This document shows, piece after piece, positions 16,777 to 28,300 of a stretch of DNA of 32,000 nt. Under the pieces are notes generated by a model that saw only the letters and a list, made by a program, of their open reading frames with translations, was not told the origin of the DNA and did not search any database. A program made the translations under genes and the position numbers. Origin of the DNA: an uncultured bacterium. GTDB taxonomy: Bacteria; Margulisbacteria; WOR-1; CAVSGV01. How positions within the stretch are numbered: the stretch's first letter is position 1; each line of letters opens with the position of its first letter. The stretch lies in assembly GCA_963699255.1 (NCBI GenBank), contig OY969425.1, positions 1,350,001 to 1,382,000 on the forward strand, read 5' to 3'.

Positions 16777-17451
16777 TTATGCTTTGGGCTCAGGCGACTT
16801 TTGCGCCTGGGGCGCACTCGCCTCTGGCGAGGGGGCAAGCACAACCTGCCTGTCAGCTCCCTCTCCCCTGCTGTACGAAGTAAGGTTCGGGAAGCTTTCC
16901 TGAATATACATGTGGATAACCCTTCTGTCAGCAGCTGACATCGGGGGCAACGATTTTTCCTTCCCTGATGTTTCAACATCCCTGGCTACGGCTTCTGCAT
17001 CACGTGTGACCATTTGTTGCCTCTTTGCCCTATAGCCCTCTGCATCAACTATGACCCTTACCCTTTTTGAATGCCTCTTGCTCAGGATAAGCGAAGAAAG
17101 ATATTGAAGCGCATCTATGGTAGCGCCGGCCCTACCAATGATCCTGCCCATATCATCCCCATTGATATCAAGTTGAATGGTGTCTAATTCTTCTCCTTTT
17201 ATCGATACTAACGTCAAAAAGCCCATCTTATCCAGTATCTCCTGAACGACGGTCTTTGCCTGCTCCCCTAAAGGAAGCTTCAACGATACCTCCACTTCCG
17301 CATCCTTTCCGCCAAAAACCCCAAGGACCCCACCCTCAGCCTCGCTTATAACTTTTACATCCACCTCTTCACGCGTTTTCCCCAGTACCTGTAGCGCCAT
17401 GCTAACGGCATCTTCAACGGTTTTCCCTTTCATTTTCACGCTTCCACTCAT
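16777..17451 (-). CDS. jag: Jag/KhpB-family RNA-binding protein (Jag_N, KH, R3H)
   Basis: 224 aa. GKTVEDAVSMALQVLG is the Jag N-domain. It also has a KH-like GRIIGRAGATIDALQ and the R3H-region ADRRVIHMYIQ. Conserved position after yidC. Confidence 0.85.
   Translation of the reverse strand: MSGSVKMKGKTVEDAVSMALQVLGKTREEVDVKVISEAEGGVLGVFGGKDAEVEVSLKLPLGEQAKTVVQEILDKMGFLTLVSIKGEELDTIQLDINGDDMGRIIGRAGATIDALQYLSSLILSKRHSKRVRVIVDAEGYRAKRQQMVTRDAEAVARDVETSGKEKSLPPMSAADRRVIHMYIQESFPNLTSYSRGEGADRQVVLAPSPEASAPQAQKSPEPKA
16911..16919 (-). promoter_or_regulatory. Perfect DnaA-box 9-mer inside jag coding sequence
   Basis: TGTGGATAA on the + strand. Confidence 0.35.
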
Positions 17452-17461
17452 AAATAACCTC

Positions 17462-18091
17462 CTATTTCCTCAGAATATATGTCTGCTGAGCCACCGTCAG
17501 AAGGTTCTGAACAACCCAATACAGCTGAACTCCGGCCGGGAACTTAATGCTGATGAATGCAATAAAGGCGGGCATGAAGTACAGCATGCTCTTTTGCTGT
17601 TTGGCCGCACCCGGCATAGTAAGAGATGTCCAATATGTAGAAATCCCTATAAGGAAAACAAAAATATATGTGATATCAGGCTTAGCCAGGTTGGTTATCC
17701 ACAAGAATTGCGCCTTGGTGCCGGCTGAAGCCAATACTACCGCAAAATCCTTGCTTGTAAGGGCAAAAAACAGGGCTAAAAAGACCGGTATTTGAAGAAG
17801 CATCGGCAGGCATCCCCCGAGCGGGTTTACCCCCTCGCTTTTATATAGCTCGAGGGTTTCCTTCTGAAGCTTCTCCGGCTGGTCTTTAAACTTCTTCTGC
17901 ACGGCTTCCAGCTTCGGTTGAAGCTTTTGCATCGCATCCATCTGCTTTGTTGACTGAAGTGTTAAAGGATAAAGGGCAAGTTTCACCGCTACTGTGAGCA
18001 AAACAATGGCCAATCCCCAATTTCCGCTTATCGCAAAGAAGAATCTAAGCGCCTCAAGCATCCATAAAGATAGTGTGTGTATAATATTCAT
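17462..18091 (-). CDS. yidC: Membrane protein insertase YidC/Oxa1, short form without the large periplasmic P1 domain
   Basis: 209 aa. LLTVAVKLALYPLTLQSTKQM...LYKSEGVNPLGGCLPMLLQIPVF...GVQLYWVVQN. Confidence 0.9.
   Translation of the reverse strand: MNIIHTLSLWMLEALRFFFAISGNWGLAIVLLTVAVKLALYPLTLQSTKQMDAMQKLQPKLEAVQKKFKDQPEKLQKETLELYKSEGVNPLGGCLPMLLQIPVFLALFFALTSKDFAVVLASAGTKAQFLWITNLAKPDITYIFVFLIGISTYWTSLTMPGAAKQQKSMLYFMPAFIAFISIKFPAGVQLYWVVQNLLTVAQQTYILRK
17695..17703 (+). promoter_or_regulatory. Perfect DnaA-box 9-mer inside yidC coding sequence
   Basis: TTATCCACA. Confidence 0.35.
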
Positions 18092-18351
18092 TGTCCAATG
18101 GCCCGCCTACGCCATAGTGTTTCACGTGAAACATTTTCCTGCCTGACCGGATCAAAACCCCCGTTAAAGTAGCCGTTACACCTTAGAACCCTCAATAGCG
18201 CCACCCCAAGCCCCTTCAAAGGACCGTATCTTTCAATTGCGTCTATTGAATAGCTGGAACAGCTTGGATAGTACCTACAGCAGCTTCCAATTAGCGGGGA
18301 AACAAGCTTTTTATACGTATTAATGCCAAAAATTAGCGCTCTTTTAATCAA
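18088..18351 (-). CDS. yidD: Membrane protein insertion efficiency factor YidD
   Basis: 87 aa. YKKLVSPLIGSCCRYYPSCSSYSIDAIERYG...GGFDPV. 4-nt ATGA overlap with yidC. A ~17-aa C-terminal extension is encoded across the parS site. Confidence 0.85.
   Translation of the reverse strand: MIKRALIFGINTYKKLVSPLIGSCCRYYPSCSSYSIDAIERYGPLKGLGVALLRVLRCNGYFNGGFDPVRQENVSRETLWRRRAIGQ
18118..18133. other. parS centromere-like site embedded in the yidD 3' coding region
   Basis: TGTTTCACGTGAAACA, identical to the 15373-15388 copy. It encodes ...NVSRET... of YidD. Confidence 0.8.
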
Positions 18352-18387
18352 AAACCCGCCTTCAAGCCCTTTGTGTTCTGTTTCCTG

Positions 18388-18714
18388 TTATAATATGTCC
18401 GCCCTGTGTGCAATAGAGCTTATGTCCGTTAAAATTTCCGGCATCTTTGCTTTTTTAGCCGACGCCCTCGGGATAACTATTGTCTCCGATTTACCAAGGA
18501 ACTTACCCGCAATCGACCTGAAAGCTTCCCGGATCTTCCGCTTAACCCTGTTCCTTATGACTGCGTTCCCAAATTTTCTATTAACTATGATCCCCAGCGT
18601 TGATTGTCCAGCGCTTTTTGCCACAATTAATGTGAGCAATTTTCCGTTATATCGCTTACCTTTTGCAAAAACCCTGTCGAACTCTCTCTGGTTTTTAATG
18701 CTAATGAGCCGCAT
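18388..18714 (-). CDS. rnpA: Ribonuclease P protein component RnpA
   Basis: 108 aa, basic. FDRVFAKGKR...GIIVNRKFGNAVIRNRVKRKIREAFR. Its start abuts the rpmH stop. Confidence 0.85.
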   Translation of the reverse strand: MRLISIKNQREFDRVFAKGKRYNGKLLTLIVAKSAGQSTLGIIVNRKFGNAVIRNRVKRKIREAFRSIAGKFLGKSETIVIPRASAKKAKMPEILTDISSIAHRADIL

Positions 18715-18837
18715 TTACGGAACCAGTCTTTTTCTTCCTTTGCGCATTCTTCTAAGCAAAGTCCTTTTAAGCCTGGATCTATATCCATGGCCCCGCTTTT
18801 TCCTTGTGTTAGATGGCTGAAATGTTCTCTTTGTCAT
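18715..18837 (-). CDS. rpmH: 50S ribosomal protein L34
   Basis: Not in the ORF track (40 aa). My translation is MTKRTFQPSNTRKKRGHGYRSRLKRTLLRRMRKGRKRLVP. SD GGAGGA lies 7 nt upstream. Confidence 0.85.
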   Translation of the reverse strand: MTKRTFQPSNTRKKRGHGYRSRLKRTLLRRMRKGRKRLVP

Positions 18838-18868
18838 TGATCATTCCTCCAATCAAAATGATTTACGG

Positions 18869-18897
18869 ATTATATTTCATGTGCCATAAAATGTCAA
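18869..18897 (-). promoter_or_regulatory. Consensus sigma70-type promoter for the rpmH-rnpA-yidD-yidC-jag-mnmE operon
   Basis: The minus strand reads TTGACA (18897-18892), then a 17-nt spacer, then TATAAT (18874-18869), about 30 nt upstream of the rpmH ATG. Confidence 0.6.
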
Positions 18898-18990
18898 CAA
18901 AACAAAACAGAGGTGCGAGATGAGGGCTGGGCGATGCGGCGTGCCTTTCGCATCTAAAAGGTCACACCTCATATGAAATTACTATTGCAT

Positions 18991-19190
18991 CTATCCACAG
19001 GTTCTGATAAAATTGACAATGATCAGCCGGGATATCTTTATGTCCTCATGGGTTTGATGCTGGCACGTATTAAAAATTTATCCACAAAATAAATGGCTCT
19101 GTGGATAAACTGGCCAATGCATGATTTTTATTGATGTGACAATATAAATTTAGCCTTTATGTGTGCTGATGTGATTATCTGTGTGTATAA
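18991..19190. other. oriC, dnaA-upstream DnaA-box cluster
   Basis: CTATCCACA (18991-18999, 8/9). TTATCCACA (19078-19086) and TGTGGATAA (19100-19108) are perfect and convergent, 13 nt apart. TGTGTATAA (19182-19190, 8/9). An AT-rich stretch spans 19120-19160. Gene-strand polarity switches here. Confidence 0.7.
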
Positions 19191-19193
19191 CTT

Positions 19194-20585
19194 GTGGAAA
19201 GGATGCTTATTGACCGTATGGACGTGAACACACTATGGAATGACCTTCTGATGTCCGTTGAAAAAAATGTGAGCAAGCCTATTTATGGGGCGCTCCTTTC
19301 TTCGGCAAAGCCCATGTCAGTTGTTGATGGCAAGATTACCGTTGCTGTTCCCAATGAGGTATTAAGGGAATGGCTGGCGGAAAGTGCGTCTAGGGCAATA
19401 AAAGAATTATTAAGTAAAAGTGGTGTAACAGAGGTCGCCTTTGTTGTCGGGCCAAAAGAGTTGTTTGTGACCCCGCCGCTGGAGAACTCCGGCTATCAAA
19501 TGGCCTTGCCGCCAGTTCCTCCCGTTAATACTGGAAATATATATTTAAACCCAAAATATACTTTTGACACATTCGTTGTTGGTCATGGCAATAGATTTGC
19601 ACATGCTGCGGCACTTGCCGTCGCAGAGGCCCCGGCAAAAGCCTACAACCCGCTCTTCATATACGGAGGGGTAGGGCTTGGAAAGACGCATCTTATGCAG
19701 GCGATCGCTCATTTCGTCATTAAAAGCATCCGCACGGCCAATGTTCTCTATGTGACATCTGAAAAATTCACGAACGATCTAATTAACTCGATCTTAAGCA
19801 ACACCATGGAAACCTTCCGGAACAAATATAGAGCCGTTGATCTTCTTATGATCGATGATATTCAATTCCTTGCGGGAAAGGACAGGACAAAGGAAGAGTT
19901 TTTTCACACATTCAACACCCTTCATGAGACCAGCAAGCAGATCGTGATCTCAAGTGACCGGCCACCAAAGGAAATTCCAACCCTTGAAGAACGGCTATGG
20001 TCCCGGTTTGAATGGGGATTGATCGCCGACATACAGCCTCCGGACCTGGAAACAAGGATCGCCATTCTTAAAAAGAAGGCCGCACTGGAAGAGCTCCCTG
20101 TCCCTCAAGATGTCCTAGCTCTTATTGCGACCAAAATGATATCAAACATCAGGGAGCTGGAAGGCGCCTTGATAAAGGTCATCGCGTACGCATCCCTGAC
20201 CGGAGAAGAGGTCACGGTTTCCATGGCTGAAACCATATTAAAAGACATAATGTCTCCCGCAAAGGAAAGGACATCCGTTGATATTGACCTGATAAAGAGG
20301 GTAACCGCTGAATACTACAGCCTAAAAATCGAGGATATGACGGCAAAAACAAGGACAAGGGAGATCGCGACAGCCAGGCAGGTCGCTATGTATCTGGCAA
20401 GAACAATGACGAATGCCTCGTTGCCAAAAATAGGTGAGGAGTTTGGCGGCAGGGACCATACAACGGTAATGCATGCAAATGACAAAATAACTGAAGAGCT
20501 TAAGAACAACCCGGAGATCGAGGAGGCCGTAAAAGTAATATCTGGAAACATTAAAAAGCACATCCCGGCAGGCGGGAAACAATAA
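19194..20585 (+). CDS. dnaA: Chromosomal replication initiator protein DnaA
   Basis: 463 aa from the ORF-track GTG start. Alternative ATG starts are at 19203 and 19218, and none has a well-spaced SD. AAA+ motifs are GGVGLGKTHLMQA and LLMIDDIQF. The C-terminal DNA-binding domain is ARQVAMYLAR...FGGRDHTTVMHA. Confidence 0.95.
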   Translation: MERMLIDRMDVNTLWNDLLMSVEKNVSKPIYGALLSSAKPMSVVDGKITVAVPNEVLREWLAESASRAIKELLSKSGVTEVAFVVGPKELFVTPPLENSGYQMALPPVPPVNTGNIYLNPKYTFDTFVVGHGNRFAHAAALAVAEAPAKAYNPLFIYGGVGLGKTHLMQAIAHFVIKSIRTANVLYVTSEKFTNDLINSILSNTMETFRNKYRAVDLLMIDDIQFLAGKDRTKEEFFHTFNTLHETSKQIVISSDRPPKEIPTLEERLWSRFEWGLIADIQPPDLETRIAILKKKAALEELPVPQDVLALIATKMISNIRELEGALIKVIAYASLTGEEVTVSMAETILKDIMSPAKERTSVDIDLIKRVTAEYYSLKIEDMTAKTRTREIATARQVAMYLARTMTNASLPKIGEEFGGRDHTTVMHANDKITEELKNNPEIEEAVKVISGNIKKHIPAGGKQ

Positions 20586-20683
20586 ATTCGCCGGAGACAA
20601 AAGCGTTCTGTTGGCTCAGAATGGATCCTGTTAATAACTTCAGGGCGGAACACGGAAATTAGAGATGATAAGTGCCTGATAGG

Positions 20684-20890
20684 TTGTTGATAACCCACAA
20701 AAAAGCCGGAGTGAAGTTATCAACAAAAGTTTTAACAGACAAATGGGGAGAATTTTGGTAAAATTCTCCTTGGTGCGCTTAAGAATTAAAGTGTTACTAA
20801 CATATTAAGGTCTCTTACTACTACTGTATTTATATTATTATAAATGCATAATACTAATAGTACTTATATGATATGTAGATAGTATAATGA
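20684..20890. other. Putative second oriC module in the dnaA-dnaN spacer: inverted DnaA-box variants plus an AT-rich unwinding region
   Basis: TTGTTGATAAC (20684-20694) and GTTATCAACAA (20716-20726) form an 11-bp perfect inverted repeat. Each arm contains an 8/9 DnaA box (TTATCAACA). A hairpin spans 20747-20769, followed by TACTACTAC (20816-20824) and a very AT-rich tract at 20781-20890. Confidence 0.5.
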
Positions 20891-20907
20891 GAAATGGAGG
20901 AGTAGAA

Positions 20908-22050
20908 ATGGAATTCAAATGCGACAAGGAAAGCTTGAATCAAGGAGTTCAAAGCGTTGAGAGGATAGTTTCCACAAGAAGCACACTCCCGATCATAGGT
21001 AATATTTTGTTGGAAGTAAGCAAGTCAAAATTAAAAATATCGGCGAACAATTTAGAAATAGGAATGGAAGTCTTCATTAAGGCGACATCTGTGGAAGAAG
21101 GGGCCGTGCTGGTTCCAGCCAAGATATTCTCAGGAATAGTATCAAAACTTCCGGACACGGAGATCGTCGTTAAAACCGTCGAAAAAGGGATAGTTAAGAT
21201 CTCATATAAACAATCGAATTTCAATATCAACGGATTACCATCGGATGAATTTCCGACACTGCCAAAAGTAAAAGACGGAAAGAGCTTTTCAATGAAGGCG
21301 GAGCTTTTCTCGGAAATGATAGGGCAGACGGCATTTTCGGTTTCCATGAGCGAGGACAAATATGTTCTTAGCGGCGTTCTTATGGAATTTGGTAAATCTC
21401 AGGTATCAGGCGACCCTTCGAACATCAGAATGGTCTCTACGGATGGGTACCGTCTGTCGAAAAGGGCCAGCAAACTTGAAACGCCCATTTCTTTTGAGTC
21501 AAGCGCGATCGTTCCGGCAAAGGCTTTATCTGAGGTGGCCAGAGTGATACAAACAGACCCGTCCGGAGAGGTTGAAATAACGCTAGGGGGAGACCACATA
21601 TCTTTCAAGTATAAGGATACGCTGATAGTATCAAAGCTGATACAGGGGCAATTCCCGGATTACAGACAGGTCATTCCCAAAGGCAGTGAGACCAAGATAA
21701 GCATGAACAACAAGGTATTTCTTTCCGCCATAGAACGCGCAGCGGTCATAGCATCAAGCAGCGCGAACATAATCAAGATCGAGGTGAAAGGCGGAAAGAT
21801 GCACGTGATCGCCAGCGCTCCGGACGTTGGCAACGTTAACGAAATAATCGATGCTGATGTAAAAGGCGGCGAAAGAGCCCTAGTTGCTTTTAACGTTAGG
21901 TTAATCATCGATGCGCTAAAGGTCATAACAGAAGAAAAGATAGTGCTGGAATTATCCGGGCCTCTTAGCCCCGGCTTAATGCGTCCCGTTGGCGGAGATG
22001 ATTATACTTATATAATCATGCCCATAAGGGTTGCTGAAACCTCCGCATAA
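20908..22050 (+). CDS. dnaN: DNA polymerase III beta sliding clamp DnaN
   Basis: I prefer the ATG at 20908 (MEFKCDKESL...) because SD GGAGGAG lies 5 nt upstream. The ORF-track start at 20887 would place that SD inside the gene. It has the three-domain clamp length, with LPIIGNILLEV and the C-terminal YIIMPIR. Confidence 0.9.
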   Translation: MEFKCDKESLNQGVQSVERIVSTRSTLPIIGNILLEVSKSKLKISANNLEIGMEVFIKATSVEEGAVLVPAKIFSGIVSKLPDTEIVVKTVEKGIVKISYKQSNFNINGLPSDEFPTLPKVKDGKSFSMKAELFSEMIGQTAFSVSMSEDKYVLSGVLMEFGKSQVSGDPSNIRMVSTDGYRLSKRASKLETPISFESSAIVPAKALSEVARVIQTDPSGEVEITLGGDHISFKYKDTLIVSKLIQGQFPDYRQVIPKGSETKISMNNKVFLSAIERAAVIASSSANIIKIEVKGGKMHVIASAPDVGNVNEIIDADVKGGERALVAFNVRLIIDALKVITEEKIVLELSGPLSPGLMRPVGGDDYTYIIMPIRVAETSA

Positions 22051-22055
22051 CAAGA

Positions 22056-23134
22056 ATGCACATAAAAAACCTAAAGCTTAATAATTTCAGGAACTTTACC
22101 CAAGGGGAAGTCGCCATAGGCGATGGCACTACCGTTCTTTACGGTGGGGTAGGGGAGGGAAAAACTAATCTTCTTGAGGCGATATTTCTTCTGTCGGTAG
22201 GCAGGTCATACAGGACATCGGAATCCCATCACATGATAAGCTGGGGCAAAAGCGAGGCGTGTGTAAGGGGAGAAGGAAGCGGCGCGGGCGGGAACATCGC
22301 TGTTGCCGTCAAGGTTACAAGCACCGGGAAAAAGATCGAGCTGAATGGCGAGAACAACAAGAAATCCATCGATCTGATAGGCGGACTGAGATCCGTCATT
22401 TTTCATTCGGAGGACATGTCAATCGTAAATGGCGGGCCGCAGGTGAGACGCAGATACCTGGATCTGGCGATCTCCCAAACAAGCAAGAACTACGCATACA
22501 ACCTGAGGGATTATCATAGGATTTTGAAGCAGAGGAACAGCGCACTTTTAAGATACTCCAACGCGGATGTTACCGAATGGGATGAACAGTTGTCCAGGGT
22601 GGGCGCATGGATAACCCAGGTGAGGGAAAAGGTCATCGCCGAAATATCCCGGGCGGCGAACATGACCGTTCGTTCTTTAGTTGAGGAGAGCCATCAACTA
22701 GAGATAAAATATATTCCATCCGGGGATGCTGACCCGGAGAGATTAAGAGCTAAAATTTCAAAAGCGATACACATTGACATCTCCAGAGGGATGACGACCA
22801 TTGGTCCCCACAGGGACGATTTCAAGCTTTTGCTCTCAGGTGTTGACGCAAGGTATTTTGCGTCATCCGGAGAGAAAAAGACCATTGTTTTGGCGCTTAA
22901 GCTTGCCGAAGTCGATTTCATCCGGGCAGTGACAGGAGAAAAGCCGATACTCCTTCTTGATGATGTGTTCGCCACCCTGGATCTTAAGCGCAGCAAGGCG
23001 CTTCTCAGCGTAACCGGCGACGGGGCTCAGTGTATAATAACTTTGACGGACATGAATTTGTTGAGAGAAGAATTCAAGTCCGGAGCAATGATGTATGAAG
23101 TCGCCAAGGGAAGGATCAAACAAGCCACACAGAT

Positions 23135-23138
<4 letters not shown>
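22056..23138 (+). CDS. recF: DNA replication and repair protein RecF
   Basis: 360 aa. LKLNNFRNF...GGVGEGKTNLLEAI is the Walker A, SGEKKTIVLALKLAE is the signature motif, and ILLLDDV is the Walker B. Confidence 0.9.
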
Positions 23139-25687
<2,549 letters not shown>

Positions 25688-25688
<1 letters not shown>

Positions 25689-28300
25689 TGGCAGATCCGG
25701 AACAAGGCGAAATGGATTTCAATAAGAAAGAAGAAAAAGTTAAAAAGAACGGCAAGGCACGCCAAAAGGGCGCCAAAGGCGGATCTGGCTCAGGCGGGAA
25801 CAGCAAAAAGCCCGGCAAGCCTAAGGCCGTGAAAAGATCCGGGCAGGATGAGCAATCCGCTCCGCCGGCCTCGAAGGGGCCAAGGATAATCGGCTCCGAA
25901 CTCGACCACGAAATGAGAGCTTCATACATTGACTACGCGATGAGCGTGATCGTGGGAAGAGCTCTTCCTGACGTTAGGGACGGACTAAAGCCTGTTCATC
26001 GGAGGATTCTTTTCGCAATGGACGAACTGGGGCTTCGTCCGGGCAAGCCTCACAAGAAATCGGCAAGGATCGTCGGAGAGGTTTTAGGTAAATATCACCC
26101 GCACGGAGATCTATCCGTATACGATGCCATGGTCAGGATGGCTCAGGACTTCTCTATGAGATATTTGCTCGTTGACGGCCAGGGAAACTTCGGATCAGTT
26201 GACGGAGATTCTGCCGCCGCTATGAGGTATACAGAAGCCCGCTTGACCCATATCGCTGCGGAGATGCTTGCTGACATAGAAAAGGATACTGTCAAATTCG
26301 TTCCTAACTTCGACGAATCACTGAAAGAACCATCGGTCCTCCCATCAAAGGTCCCGAGCCTCATCATTAACGGGTCGTCCGGCATTGCTGTTGGCATGGC
26401 GACGAACATCCCGCCGCACAATCTTTCAGAGGTTGTGGACGGATCCGTGGCTTATATTGACAACACGGAGATCAGCATCGAAGAACTGAACAAGATAATA
26501 AAAGGCCCTGATTTCCCTACCGGCGGGATAATCTGCGGGCATTCTGGCATAAAGGAAGCTTACAGCACAGGGAGAGGGCTTCTTACCGTAAGAGCCAGGA
26601 CGGACATGGAAGAGACCAGGACGGGAAAAGAAGTCATCATCATCAAGGAACTTCCTTATATGGTGAACAAATCCCAGCTTGTAGAAAAGATAGCCGACTG
26701 CGTTAAGGAGAAACAGATCGTAGGCATATCAGATCTGCGCGACGAATCTGACCGCGAGGGAATGAGGGTATATATCGAGCTCAAACACGGGGCCAATAAG
26801 GATGTCGTGCTCAACCAACTGTTCAAACACACCGACATGCAAACGACTTTTGGCGTCAACCTCCTTGCGCTTGTAGGCGGCGAGCCAAAGGTCTTAACGC
26901 TCAAGGATATGATCGCCGAATATGTTAAGCACAGGGAAGAGATCGTAACGAGGAGGGCTAAGTTTGACCTTAAAGTCGCCGAAGAGCAAGCCCACATCCT
27001 GGAGGGGCTGCGCATAGCGCTAAAGAACCTTGATGCCGTAATAGCGCTCATCAAGAGATCAAAAACGGTGGATGAGGCCCGCGAAGGGCTGATGTCCAAA
27101 TTCAAACTTACAAAGATCCAGGCGCAGGCCATCCTGGACATGAAGCTCCAGAGACTTACCGGCCTTGAAAGGGAAAAGATCGAGGAGGAATACCTTAGGC
27201 TTAAGAAGCTGATAGGGGAGCTGAAGGAACTTCTCGCCAGCAGGAAAAAGATCCTGGCGCTGATCAAAAAAGAACTTCTTGAGATGAAGGATAAGTATGG
27301 CGACAATCGGCGCACGACGCTGGCGGCAGCCGCCGAAGACATCGAAGAAGAAGCTTTAATACCGGACGTTGAAGTCGCCATTCTTATAACGAGGGATGGC
27401 TATATAAAGAGAATGCTTGTATCGGCGTTCAGATCACAGCTAAGGGGCGGAAAGGGCGTTACGGGCATGGCAACCAGGGAAGAGGACGAAATTGACAAGA
27501 TCATCGTCGCCTCCACACTCAATTATATCCTTTTCTTTACCAACAAGGGCAAGGTTTACAAGAAGCGTGTTTATGAGATCCCTGAAGCGGGCCGCGCCGC
27601 AAAAGGGCAATCCGTGGAGAACCTCCTGGAAGTCGGGAAAGAAGAACAGGTCACTGTCGCGATCCCGGTCAAGACATTTGAAAAAGACAGGTTCCTTGTC
27701 ATGGCCACAAAAGCGGGAAAGGTCAAGAAAACGTCCCTTGATGACTTTGAGAACATAAGAAGAACAGGGATAATCGCGATCAAACTCAAGGAAGAAGATG
27801 AGCTGGGCTGGGTCAGGGAGACGGACGGGAAGCAGGAGATAATACTTTCAACTAAGAACGGGCTGCTGATACGGTTCAAGGAAAAAGACGTAAGACCCAT
27901 GGGAAGGACGGCGGCCGGGGTAAAAGGAATTACACTCAGGAAAGGTGACGTTGTGGTCTCCATGGATATCGTTACGGAAAAGATGGACCTTCTTGAAGTG
28001 AGCACTGGTGGCTACGGCAAAAGGATGGCGATAAAGGAATTCAGGACGCAGAGAAGGGGCGGAAAAGGTCTTACCGCAATGAAGGTCAGGAAAGGCGATG
28101 AAGTGGCAAGGGCGCGGCTGATAGAGGAGGACGACGAACTGCTTTTTGTGACGGCAAAAGGCACAATAAGCAGGCAGAAGGCAAAAGGGATATCAAGGCA
28201 GGGCCGTTACGCGATGGGCGTCAGGATACAACGCCTCGATAATGATGACTATATTGTTGACGTTGCCAGAGTGGTAAAAAGCGAAGAGAAACCGGAATGA
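25688..28300 (+). CDS. gyrA: DNA gyrase subunit A, with a ~59-aa Lys/Gly-rich N-terminal extension
   Basis: 870 aa. [28 protein letters not shown], the catalytic [10 protein letters not shown], and C-terminal beta-pinwheel repeats are present. TAATG overlap with the gyrB stop supports the annotated start. Confidence 0.95.

Noticed and set aside
18909-18970. GC-richer imperfect hairpin (GAGGTG...CACCTC with inner GATGCG/CGCATC) between the rpmH promoter and the DnaA boxes, considered as a small RNA
   Set aside because: The stems are short (6 bp). No promoter or terminator brackets it. Evidence is insufficient from sequence alone.
20747-20769. GGAGAATTTT-GGT-AAAATTCTCC hairpin as an intrinsic terminator of dnaA
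   Set aside because: The stem is AT-rich and followed by only two T residues. I kept it only as part of the oriC spacer description.
20887-20907. ORF-track start of dnaN (MRNGGVEMEF...) and ORF-track start of gyrB at 23655
   Set aside because: In both cases a strong GGAGG-type SD lies inside the extended N-terminus, correctly spaced for a downstream start (ATG 20908, GTG 23703). The extensions also add non-conserved residues.
26656-27381. 241-aa Ser-rich minus-strand ORF inside gyrA, and similar long antisense ORFs in mnmE (15565-16317), gyrB (24852-25298), degT (12039-12578) and recF
   Set aside because: They are typical low-complexity shadow ORFs opposite highly conserved genes.
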